From NCBI RefSeq assembly GCF_009914755.1, contig NC_060934.1: a stretch of 64,000 bases of DNA; one strand, 5' to 3'. Of the stretch, positions 17,750 to 35,099 are shown piece by piece. The position numbers and the translations under genes are program-made. The notes below the pieces were generated by a model. That model saw nothing but the letters and a program-made list of their open reading frames with translations. It was not told where the DNA came from and did not search any database. Each line of letters starts with the position of its first letter. Within the stretch, counting starts at the first letter, position 1. The stretch is from the human T2T-CHM13v2.0 reference genome, Homo sapiens.

Positions 17750-18664
17750 GGTAATGTATTGCTCTGCTTCATCAGTCCTTTTGCTGGCAGTGTTCCTGCA
17801 TTGCAAATTTTCTTATAGGAAAGCCATTTTGTCTGTTAACCTCACAGAGGATTCAATATATTAAAAATCTCTAATATACACCAAGAAAATGGAAATTACT
17901 TTCTTTACATATTGATTTAACTTTTAAAAAATCTCGTTTATCAACAAACGAATTACAAAACAGTGAGCAAAATTCTGCAGTTTGTTGTGGTTGTTTTTTG
18001 TTGTTGAGTAGCTTCACTCATATTTGGACAGGATATGCCAAAAACAGAAAGACTGCTAGATAGATCAGGACATTTTGAAAGAAAATATAAAAATGTCTTT
18101 AGGTTTGTTATCCATGTCCTCTAAGCCTGAATGATGCTTGTATCTCTTTATAAGTAAACTATCATTATCTTTTTACTAAACCAGATGGGATACATTGGCT
18201 TTTTCTTCTGTTATATATTTTACTGCCATGGGGATGGGAAGAGACTTTATTGATATTTTGTTTACACTTTTAAACCCTTTTTAATGTTTCTAATAGTTAA
18301 TTAATAATTTGAAACCATCAATTCTTTAAATTGTAAATAACTTTGATACAGGTTATCTTATTTTTCAGTTTCTATACTTCTGTAAAATAGAAGTCATTTG
18401 CTCTTTTAAGATAAAAAATCTGTGTGAATCTATGTGTAATTATGTACACCAAATAGTGCTATACATGCATACAACTTCTTTCAGATATTCTTCTTTTGGT
18501 TAAGAGCCTTTTTTTCTTTGTAAAGGTATTATTTTAATTTTTAGAACTATTTTTCTGTGCACTGGAGCACATGTTTGGGAGGAAAAAAGAAACTTTCTGT
18601 CAAGTCCCTATACACAGAGAATTCTTGTTTGAATTTTTAAAAAATTTTGTCAAGTCTAGTTCTT

Positions 18665-18806
18665 TTATTTATTTATTTATTATCAGTTAGAGACAGGGTC
18701 TCACTGTGTTGTCCAGGCTGTTCTCAAACTCCTGGCCTCAAGCAGTCTTCCCGCCTTGGCCTCCCTAAGGTTCTGGGATTACAGGCATGAGCGACCAAGC
18801 CTGGCC
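18665..18806 (-). mobile_element. FLAM/Alu left monomer
   Basis: Single antisense Alu arm; caagtcta on both flanks. Confidence 0.85.
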
Positions 18807-19942
18807 AAGTCTAATTCTTTAAAGGATGTGATTTCCAAGTATTTCCAGGAATTCAAGACTGTTACCTAGATCCGTATTCTGACAAAAGAGATGATCTTTT
18901 CTTTCTTCATATCAGAATATTTCCCCCATGAATTGAGGGAAATGGGGCTGTATCTAAAAATGGTAACTCTGCCCTTTAAAGTATACAGAAGTGCCCTGTT
19001 TCTTCCTAAGAGAGGTGGAAGTCCCCTTTCTGAGACTGTGCATATAGATCTCTTTATTCCCCTTTTTCTGCTATAAGTGATAAGAGGGGCTATGTAGACA
19101 AAATGTAAGGTTGTTATAAAATCATCAAGGAATTGGGAAAGAAACTTTATCGGAGGATATACATAACCCCTTCAGAAAAAAAAACAAAAACTTATGGTGC
19201 TTTTTGGAAGAAATTCTGACATAGTTGTATTTTCTGAGAAGGATAATGAAATTTCAGTTAACATGGAACTGTAACTTCGTAAAATTGCTGCTCAGCTCCT
19301 AGATTTAACTTTCTCCCTAGGGTTTTTCTAATATATTTACTCATCTGAAAAAAGTGAGATTGACTGTAGCACAAGGGAGACTTCTGATGTCAGTGGCATG
19401 TTGTAAAGATGTGCTATGGGAAAGATTCAGAAAATGCAAAGGCTATTTAACTATATGCTCTGCATCTCTCTTCCTTTCTACATAGCTCTCTCCTTTCTTT
19501 CTTACTCCTTCGTCTCCCTCTTTACGCCAACTACATTGCCTCTCTGAAGATGAAATGCTTTTAAATCATCCCCAATCTAACATCCATCACTGGTAAAAAG
19601 CCATCTAATTATTATGTGTTGATTTTTAAAAATTAAAAAAAATTATTAGAAAATTAAGAAGAGCATTTAAATGTTTTTAATTGCAAGGAGAAAATAAATA
19701 CACTCAAGTAAAGAAAAACACTGTGTAATTTGAAATAGTTTGAATTACTACGGAGATAATCATATTTTATGCAGTAATGCCTTTCTATTTTATTCACTAT
19801 TTCTATTAATCTTTATTTGTTTCAGTTACTGTACTATAAATTTGTAAGTGATTATTTTGGTATTATTTGTATAGTATGCCATAATATAAAAATAATGAAA
19901 AATATTAAATATATATTTAATGTTCTTATTTAATGCCTTTAA

Positions 19943-20237
<295 letters not shown>

Positions 20238-20443
20238 AAAAATTATTGTTTATTAAAAATCATTTAATGACATTGACATCCTTATAAATAAAAACTGTAA
20301 ATTTATATCACAGTAGAAAAAGTGCTAGACCTAAATTTAGAAAACCTGTCTTTTATCCTAGCTCTTGAGTTTTTCACAGAGAAAATAGGAGTCAAGAAGC
20401 CAAAATTCTGACATGAGGGAAATAATTAGCAAAATTTAAATAG

Positions 20444-20793
<350 letters not shown>

Positions 20794-20947
20794 TAACATT
20801 AATTTTTTTAGTTTTGGTAATTTTAATATGGCTATATAGAATGTTTACATTTGGAAAAATCCTAATATCCTTTTTGACTGATCCAGATCCAGTCCAGGTT
20901 GCTCACATTGCATTTAGTTACCACATTTCCTTCGTCTCTTTAATCTA

Positions 20948-21313
<366 letters not shown>

Positions 21314-21438
21314 CTATTGTGTCTTTTTTCATGCGTTATACTAAGATTTTAGTGTGTTTCGTTACTGGTAATACTAACTTTGATCACATGGTTAAGAAAA
21401 TGTTGGCCCAGTTTATTCACTTCAAAGTTACTATTTCT

Positions 21439-21651
21439 GGCCAGGCATAGTGGCTTACGCCTGTAATCCCAGCACTCTGGGGAGCCAAGGAGGACAGATC
21501 GCTTGGGCTTAGGAGTTCAAGACCAGCCTGGGCAACATGGTATAACCCTATCTGTACTAAAAATATAAAAATTAGCTGGGCATAGTGGCATGCACCTGTA
21601 GTCCCAGCTACTTGGGAGGCTGAGGTAAGAGGATCGCTTGAGCCCAGGAGG
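21439..21651 (+). mobile_element. 3'-truncated AluJ
   Basis: Alu stops at gagcccaggagg, with no tail. Confidence 0.88.
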
Positions 21652-21659
21652 TCACATGG

Positions 21660-21866
21660 TGACCTTGGAAGCAAATGCTCCCTCAAACACGAGATGACTG
21701 CAGCCCTGGTCTACATCTCAGTTGCAGTCTTGTGAAATCTTGAGTCAGAGGCACTCAGCTAAGCCATGCCTGGATTCCTTTTCCTGGAAACTATGGAGAT
21801 AATAAGTGTTTGTTATTTTAAGTCACTAAGTTTTGGAGCAATTTGTTACACAATAATAACTAATAT
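21660..21866 (+). mobile_element. MLT1 (MaLR) LTR 3' fragment
   Basis: cagctaagccatgcctggattcct...gagataataagtg...ttttaagtcactaagttttggag...ataactaata. Confidence 0.75.
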
Positions 21867-22349
21867 GCTGTGAAAAACAAATTTACTAAGAGCTCAATAT
21901 CTGTGTACAATTTTTTTTGTCTTTAGCCTTTTGTGTATATTGTCAAAACACAGGCTTTTAGTTAAAGTTAGTTCCTTTCCCCTTCAAGTATTTTAATTTT
22001 TTTTAAATATGTGAAACATTTATATGGTTCTTAACATCAGAACTATATGAAAAGGTTTACTCAGTAGTGTCGCTCCTCCCTTATCCCTCATCTTCCTCAT
22101 TCCCCATTCTGTCTCTATTCCTACCCTGTTTCTTCCTACCTACCCTCTATAAATAATCTCATTAGTTTCTGGCTCACATTTCTAAATTTCTTTTAGCACA
22201 AATTAGCAGCTAAATGCATATTTTACTGTATCTTCTTTGTTACATGAAAGGTAGCACACTATAGATAGATCCTCTTTGAACTTAGCTTTTTTTCAATCAA
22301 GTGCATCTTAGAAATCATTCCATAAAAGCTCATAGAGATCCTTCTCATT

Positions 22350-22679
<330 letters not shown>

Positions 22680-23689
22680 TATTTCATTTAAAAAAAAAAA
22701 AAAAACTGAGACAGGGTCTCACTGTGTTGCCCAGGCTGGTCTTGAACTCCTGGGCTCAAGCAATCCTCCTGCAATCCTTGTGCCTTGACCTCCCAAAGTG
22801 CTGGTATTACAGACATCCAGCCACAATAATCCTCATTTTTTTAGTTGGATTTTCCCCATTGTGTGAATGTACCATATTTTACCCAGTCACTCTCTTATGT
22901 ATGGACATTAAGACTGTTTCCAGAGTCTTGCACTTAAAAACAATCTTTCAATGAATAATCTTGTTCATACATATTTCTTGGGTTGCTAGAGGTATTTCTT
23001 CAGAGTAAATTCCTTGAAATGGAATTGTTGGGTCAAAGGATAAGTGCATATAACGTTTTGTTAGATGTTGCTAAATTCCTCTCCAAAATAATTAGAAATG
23101 TTTTCATTCTCAGCAGTAGTGTAGGTGAATGCCTGTTTTTAATGGGGTTATTTTAATATTTGGTTATCAATTATTAAGCATTGCTATCAAATGGAATTCA
23201 CTAGAAGCATGTAAAATTCTAGCTTTATTTCAAATACTTAGTTGAACCAGCCAATTCATTTTAGCACAGTAAAAGTAATCCAAGAACTAAAAAGTGATCA
23301 TTCTTTAAGGTACAGATTTTAAAGACTCTTTTATCTTTTTTTTTTCTTTTTTTTGCTATTTTATCAGACACATTAGAGGAATATGAATTAATCCCCATTA
23401 TACACTCTTTAGTTTCATTTTCTGGCCCTGTATTTTCATCTTATACTTCTCTCCTACAAGCACCTCTTCCTTTCTCCTGTACTGCCTAACTATTCATGTT
23501 TTCTTATCATCAATACTCATTTCATATATTCCCTACCTCACATTCTCCCCTTCTTTCCCTCCCTTCTCCACTCCCATTCAGTTGGTTATTTTATAAATGT
23601 GATTCTGTGATCTTGTGTATATAATTACAATGCTTACATGTTTCTTTTACACTAGAATGTGTTCCTTTACAGCAGTGACTTTCATTCTT

Positions 23690-23915
23690 CACTACATTCT
23701 GGCCACTTGATTGGTGATCACTTTCTGACCGGAAGTTCCAATTATTTAATCACAAAGTTGGACTTTCTGGTGACCACTTCCCATCCTGGGGCTGACAGTG
23801 AGTCGCCCCATCAGCATAACAAAGGCACTTTTAACAATCAGGAAATTCTGAGGGTTTTTGAAGCTCTGTGCTAGGAATCCAGACAAGGACTTGATATATT
23901 TTTTACTATACCAGT
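23690..23915. mobile_element. MER21-like LTR fragment
   Basis: caggaaattctgagggtttttgaagctctgtgctaggaa...gatatattttt resembles the recalled MER21 end. Confidence 0.55.
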
Positions 23916-24074
23916 TTAAGGGTTAATGATACCATGTAACAACTTTATTAATAGATTACTATTTATAGAAACTTGATAAATGTGGTGGGAGGTGGTGCAG
24001 AATCATGTGATATAATCAATTATAAATGAAAGCACAGATAAAATTTGAAATAATAAGAGAGAAATAAGAATGAA

Positions 24075-24418
<344 letters not shown>

Positions 24419-26874
24419 TTAAAATAAACTTTCAATTCTCTTCTCTTGAATATCTCTCACCCAACAATGTTTTTTTCATGTTGATCACTTTACTAAAGCG
24501 AACAATTGGGGTTTTACCAAAATTGTGAAGGATTTTATTCTTCCATACTTATGTCTGTGTTCAGGGTCATACAGATTCTACTTTTTCCTTTTAGTTTAAG
24601 GTATTCTCTTGGAGATTTAATGTACTTAAATTTGACCACAATTTATTGAGAGCATATTCTGTGTCAGACATTGCACTCTGCACTAGATATTCAGGAATTT
24701 CTAAAAAGAATGTTAACATTGCTGTTACATAGTCAGTTACTGATCACATTCTTTTCCTCTCAACTTTTTTCAAAATAGGAATCTGCGGTATGTTTTCACG
24801 TATGGAGTTCAGGTCAGGCTTAGGGGTCCCTGACAATGTGAATAGTTTTAAGCTGGGCCTCAATTCGTGGTACCCTTATACTAATTTAACAAGCCGTGGA
24901 CTCTAGGTTCCACCAAAAATATTTTGTTCCATCCTCTCTGGTTTCAGTCCATGGTGTACAGAAAGAAAACTAAGGAACTTCAGCCCCAAATTGTCAAATT
25001 TTGCTACTTAAGAAACAGAAGATTTAAATCTATCATTTTGTCTTATATTCCAGAGTTGACTGGTTCCTCCTGTCTTTAACTTCTTGTCCTTGAAGGGTAT
25101 TCTAATTTTCATTCAGAAATATGACTTCTCATAGGGTTTGTGTTAGATATTTTCAGGGCCAGATGGATATGATGTTCCCATTTCTGTTTTATTGTTAAAC
25201 TACTATTCCTTTTGAGCTGTAATGAACAATTCATTCTGAGAGGCAATATATGTTTTCAGTAATTGACTTGAATAAAAGTAAATGTTAAACATGGAGTTAC
25301 TAAGTTAATACAGTGGGTATTAGTACTAATTTGTTCAAATTAAGATAGAATTCTTAATTTGATAAATAGAATTCTTATATTACAGCATCAGTCCAATTGG
25401 ATTGATAGTTTGTAGAAAGGTAATTTCTTACATGAGGAAAGACAGGTTTTCTTTCTCTTAGCAAGGTATTAATGCAAAAATGACCTCTTCATTTCCTACC
25501 AGCTTCCAGAAGGGAAATGCTGGTTAGGAGGTAAATTCAATTTACTCTACAAGCAAACTTCACATCTGTTATGCTGAAGTCAGAGTTTATCTTTCTTGTT
25601 ATGTGGAACCTAGAAATATACCATGAGGAATACTGAAAAATAAACTAGCAGAAATTTTGCGTGATGCTGAGGATTTTTAGATGGCTGCAAAATGGGTGAA
25701 AGTAATATAAACTTAACAAAGAATGTTGTCACAACTCTCTGGAACTTAGTACTGTTTTTCAACTAACAAATGGAAGATTTGTGAGACTAGGTCGACTTAA
25801 TGTGATTTCAATGCAGTAATTACTGTGTGGCATGGGCATGGTAAGAGATAGGCCTTTTCTAGAAATATTCTCATCTCTGTTTTTTTTAGTTGCTCTTACT
25901 TAGATTTATATTAACTCAGCTTCACATTTTCATTTCTTTTTATTTTATTTTAAACAATGAGAAAAATACTCCACGATGTCACTGATTTAGTTATCAGATT
26001 TGCTTTATTTCTGTATATAATAGGTAATGTGAGTACAGGAAATATATCTGAAAAGGTTACTTGTACCTAAATTTTAAGTTAGATCATTTAAAAATTACTT
26101 ATAAGTCTCTTGAGTGTTTTATATAGTAGGGCAGATGGAAAAACTTATTTGATATTCATTTTTGGTACCTCTTAGGAAAATAATTGGGAATGTATTCAGT
26201 TGGAAAAAATGTTGAGAAGAGTGTTTTATATAATGATTATTTAGTAAAACATTAAAAATAATTTCTTATTCTGGAGGTTTATAGACATCAAAATTGACAA
26301 AGATTCATGGATTATACATTTCATCAAGGTACCTTTAAGCGATTTTTTAAAAAAAATTCTGACTCTAACAATGCATGCTCATTGTAGAGCGTTAAAAATA
26401 CAAAAACATGCAAAAGAAAAAATTAAAATTAACATGTGTCATATCACCCAGCATTAACTACTCTATAATTTTTCCTGTGTTTCCTTGTAGGGTTTTTCCC
26501 ACACATTTTTATTTGTTTTTATCATATTTATTTTTATTCCACACACTTTTTATTTTGAAATGATTTACAATCTAGGAAAGAATTATAAGAAGAGTACAGA
26601 GTTCTCTCCTACTACACTTTTGAGCATTCTTGCTTTTTCTCTCTTTCTGTCTCTCTAAATATATGTGCTTAACCATAGTACATATTCAGATTTTTCTAGC
26701 TGTCCCAAGAATGTTCTTTCTAGTGATTTTGTTTTCCAGGATCATGGATCATGCATTGCCTTAACTTGTCATGTTTCTTTGGTTTCCTTAATCTGGAGTT
26801 CCTTGATCTTTCTCCTTCATGCCATTGCATTTATAAAGAGTGTTGTCAACTGTTCTGTGTATGTAAATTCTTAA

Positions 26875-27564
<690 letters not shown>

Positions 27565-27892
27565 ACTTAATATATTTTCAACATTTTCCAATGTCTTTAA
27601 TTATGTCAATTATAATTTTGGATTGCTGTATAATATAATTTATTTTCATTAGTCTTCTAGTGTTGGAAATTTTTACTGTTTGTTTTTTTTTCAGTATTGC
27701 AAATACAATTGGGAAATAAACTTTGTAAATAAATCTTTGTTGTAATTTTAATTTCTGAATCTATCAAGTATTTGTTAAAACATAAAGCAACAAAACAAAA
27801 ATCCTACAGAAGAGGATAATTAAATGTTAATCTTTTTGATTCTGAATACAATTAGAATGGAAATTTGGAAAAGGGGAAAATTGCCAGATAAA

Positions 27893-28054
27893 GAGGTTGC
27901 CAGATTTAGCAAATAAAAATACAGGATGCCCATTTAAATTTGAATTTCAGAAGGGACACACGATATCTGGGACATACTTATACTAAAAAATTATTCATTG
28001 CATATCTGAAACTTAAATATGACTGAGCATCATGTATTTTATCTGGCAACCCTA
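27893..28054. mobile_element. MER53 hAT-family MITE (internally deleted)
   Basis: Terminal inverted repeats ggttgccagat / atctggcaaccc; internal gggacatacttatactaaaaaattattc. Confidence 0.85.
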
Positions 28055-28189
28055 CCAGTGGTTTGAGTATTCGGGAAGACTTCATGGTAGAGATAAAGAG
28101 AGGGAATAAAGAAGATGTTTTACACAAAAGGAATGGTTGAGATTACCTCCAAAACAAGAGTGAACATAGTTTATGTGAAATAGTCTCCA

Positions 28190-28540
28190 TAAAGATAAAG
28201 ACTTTGTGTCTCATTCACTGCTGTATCCCCGATCCCTTAAACAATCTGTACACTGTAGTCACTCAATAAATATTTGTTGAACGAGTAAATGAATTTGCAC
28301 TATAAATAAAGCCAGGCAACTTGGGACAAAGATTACCTGTTGTAACTAAGTAGATAAAGATAAAATTTCCATGAAAGTGGAAAACCTGGCAGAAGAATTT
28401 GGACTTCCTGCCTTCCCTTATTTATTTTATAATGATTCATTAAGTGACTGTTATGTGCCACATGCACAGGATACTTTGGAGAACAAAAACAGACATGGCT
28501 TCTACCCTCATGGATTTTATAGTCTGTATTAGAGGCAGAC
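28190..28540. mobile_element. L2 3'-end fragments in both orientations
   Basis: ttcactgctgtatcccc...actcaataaatatttgttgaa; cctaccctcatgga-like motif (tctaccctcatgga). Confidence 0.7.
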
Positions 28541-28899
28541 ATTCAATTTATAATTCAATTATTCATTTAATAGTCAATAAATTTCAATTCAATTATAGCG
28601 TACAACTTATAAAATTGAATTTTTAATCATTCAATTTATAAATATGAGTACTGTAAGGGAAAAGTATATAATACTTACATTCTGAAATCACACACAGTGA
28701 GGGGGTATTCTTGAAAGAACCTGATCAAGATAAATGTACATGGTGTTGTGTCTTAGGGATAGATCCAATCTTTTCTTTGAAATCTTCATTCATTCACTAA
28801 TTTTCCCTCGAATTTATAGAACACTCTTTGGACTATTACACTTATACATCTTTTAAAATCTTTTTATATGTGCAATTTAGTTTACTTACTAGATTGTAA

Positions 28900-29208
28900 A
28901 TTAATTAATTTATTTATTTATTTAGAGACAGGGTCTCACTCACATCACCCAGGCTGGAGTACAGTGGCACAATCACCACTCAGTGGCAGTCTCAACTTCC
29001 CAGGCTCAGGTGATCCTCCCACCTTAACCTCCTGAGTGGCTTGGACTACAGGTGCACATCACCACTCCTGTCTTATTTTTCATATCTTGTGTAGAGATGG
29101 GGTTTTGCCATGTTGCCCAGGCTGGTTTCAAACTCCTGGGCTCAAGTGATCCGCCTACCTCGGCCTCCCAAGATCCTGGGATTACAGGCATAAGCCCTGC
29201 ACCTGGCC
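28900..29208 (-). mobile_element. AluJ SINE
   Basis: Antisense Alu; TSD tagat(t/c)gtaaatt. Confidence 0.9.
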
Positions 29209-29507
29209 TAGATCGTAAATTCTTTAGTGAGCTGGGGGTATTTCAATTTGCTTTTATCCCCTATTGTTTCATGTATGTAAAATATACACAGGCGTTAATT
29301 ATTGACATGTTGATTCATTGAAATTATAATGGGGCTTTTAATAGCTATAGATATGCCATGAGCACATAAAAGACGATTTCCTGATTCTTTGACCCTCTTA
29401 AAGAAGTTTATGATGCCTACTTGTCATTCTTGGGTCCTTAGACCTTCTGTGGCAATATTAGGTCGGGGATAGATGTCTAATGATTTGCAGTCAGGGAGCT
29501 TTGATAA

Positions 29508-29930
<423 letters not shown>

Positions 29931-30863
29931 TGATGCCATTATCACTTGCCCAGATTATTACAGTAGTCTCATAATTGCTCTCCCTGCCTCTGGTTTTGCC
30001 TCTCCCCTCCAGCAGTGATAGGAAATAATGGAAGTTTTTAAGTAAGCATGGTAGTATCACTGGATCTGTTCTTTGACACAGCTGGCTAGTAGTGTTTGGT
30101 AGATTGGAATAGGGGCATAGTAAATGTGGGTTGACATGGTATAGTAGGTAGTCAAGACAGTCCAACAATCAATCTTAAAGACATTTCATTTTCTTGGTAG
30201 TTAAAGAATATAGGCCTACCAGTACTTGTAATTTTAATTTTAATTGATTTATATCATTTTACTTATTAATATTCATTTGAATCTTAGTTTATAATATCTA
30301 TAATCATATGCTATGCTCAAATGTAATTGAGTTACTTTTTAGAGACAAGGTCTCGCTATGTTGCAGGTTTCACCATGTTGTCCAGGGTGGTCTTGAACTC
30401 CTGCGTTCAAGCAATCCTCCTGCTTCAGCCTCCCAAGTAGTTGGATCTACAGGGATGGCATGCACCATCATACCCAGCTCTGAACTATTTTTTAAGTAAA
30501 ATTTTTTTTAGATGAAGACAAGCTTGTATACAAGAGTAGTTAAGACAGTGTGGTACTGACTCAAGGATGTACTAATAGACAAAGGATAGAAAACAGACCC
30601 ACACACATACAGTCATACAGTTACAGCAAAGATGCCACTGGGATATAGAGGAGAAAGGATAGTATTGGGATCAGTGGATATTCATATGGAAAAAATTAAC
30701 TCCTACCTTATACCACACACCAAAATTAATTCTATATGATTGTACATAAATGTAAAATAGAACAATAACACCTCTAGAAGAAATCGTATGAAAATATCAT
30801 GGTCTTGGTTAGGCAAAGCTTTCTTACAAAGAATTTAAAAATGTTAACAATAAAGAAAATATA

Positions 30864-30963
30864 GTCTGGTCCAAATGCAGTGGTATTTACAACTAATTGA
30901 TCACAGCCAGTTACAGATTTCTTTGTTCCTTCTCCACTTCCACTGCTTTACTTGACTAGCCTT
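30864..30963 (+). pseudogene. Y RNA (RNY3-derived) retrocopy
   Basis: gtctggtccaaatgcagtggtatttacaactaattgatcacagccagttacagatttctttgttccttctccacttccactgctttacttgactagcctt closely matches hY3 as I recall it. A-rich tail; lies within an old L1 fragment. Confidence 0.92.
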
Positions 30964-31269
30964 AGGAAAAAACAATTTTTCAGGAAAAATAAGTTGGATG
31001 TGTCAAAATTGAGGACCTTTCCCCAGAAGACATTGTGAAAGTGAAAAGGCAAAATATAAAGTGGGCTTAAGAATTATGAGAAGTTCAGCACAGAGGACTA
31101 GTGGAAGAAAATATGTTTGTACATAATTTCTTTCCCTATAACCAATACTAAGAATAGAGAACCCTATATTTAACTGAAGGCAGAAAATATTTTGAGGCCA
31201 TATTTGTTCTCATTTTATGCCATTTACTTAGTAAATGTACATACCTTATAGATTCATGCATATAATATA

Positions 31270-31576
31270 CAGTCCTCCCTTGGTATCTTCAGGGGATTGG
31301 TTTCAGGACCCCTCTCACACATACACAGGATACCAGTATTCAAGTCCCTTGCATAAAATGGTGAAGTATTTGCATATAACCTATGCATATACTCCCATGT
31401 ACTTTAAATATTAATCTCTAGATTCTTTATAATACCTGATACAATGTAAATGCCATGTAAATAGTTGCTATACCATGGTTTTTTGTATTATTATTATTAT
31501 TTTTTATTGTTGGATTTTTTTCATATTTTCAGTTCATAGTTGGTTGAATGTGGATGCAGATACAGTGGGCCAACTG
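31270..31576. mobile_element. MER2 (Tigger-family DNA transposon)
   Basis: cagt...actg ends with TA flanks; ggggattggtttcaggaccc and gtatttgcatataacctatgc motifs. Confidence 0.8.
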
Positions 31577-31899
31577 TATACATATTTTGGGATCATTTTA
31601 GTGGGTAGTAAAACTTGGTTTTCCCCAACTGTTTCTGTTAATTCACAGCCAGTTATGAAATATGCCACATTTGTCCTGATTAAATAGTGAAATGTCTTAG
31701 CCCTTTCCACTGATTATATTGATAGAAAAGATTAAAAAGTGGTGGATAAACCTAACCAAAAAAAAAATGTTTTCATAAGCCACTGCTGTCAGCACTTATT
31801 TGAGATTTTAAAACATTTTGTAGTTCTTTATTTTTAAATGACCTTACATTTTCAAAAGGGTTTGTTAATTCAAAAGGTCTCCTATGGTTAAGGCAGTTC

Positions 31900-33300
<1,401 letters not shown>

Positions 33301-34134
33301 AAGAATGCAAAATGCTACAAAAGCAAGTCAACCCAACATCTCTACTAATAAATCTCACCATTTTAAAAAGAACAGTAAATCCTACATCTCTATTTTGAGA
33401 AAAAATAATTATAATTTTATTTAATGCTATTTAACATATGCTTATATATGACATATAAATTGTGAAAAGATTATTTAAACAAATTGGCTAAAGAAACTTC
33501 ATGAAGAAGGTGAATCTTTTGCCTTATTGCATATGCTTTTATATTGAGTAAAACCAAAGTGATTTCCCATGGTAGCTTCTTATACTCTGTTCTCATACTC
33601 TTTCTTGTGATAAAATGGAAACTGATGTTCTTCCCATGAAAGGGTAATTATACATTAATGTACTCTTTTTCCCTCCTGTCCTTTTTTTATTATGAAATAT
33701 TTCATATATCAAAGAATATGTCTAACATATGTGTATTACAAAGTATATCCTCTGCCTCCCTCCTCATTTGAAGATCCTGCCAATCCTCTGCAGAGCTAAT
33801 GCTTATTCTGACTTTGGGGTTTTCATTTCCTTTCATATATCCCTTATATATGTAGTCCTAGTAGGTGTATACATATGTATATCATGAATAGTTATATATA
33901 TAATAATTGCAAATACATCCTGTTTATTTAATGGGTTATGTTTCTTTAAGTTCCAATACAATATTTTCTAAATTAGAAAGGTATTACAATTTTAAAAAAT
34001 GTGCCAGGACAAAATTAATACCAAATTACAAGAATGGTAAAGCTTAGAACATTGTCATTGACTATAAATAATAGCTGCAATTCTATTGTTGGTTTCTTTT
34101 TTCACTAGTCCATTTTGATAATATTTCTTGTTGT

Positions 34135-35099
<965 letters not shown>

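Noticed and set aside
30864-30963. Functional RNY3 gene
   Set aside because: Substitutions including the 5' end, an A-rich tail, and an L1-derived flank instead of a PSE/TATA promoter indicate a retrocopy.
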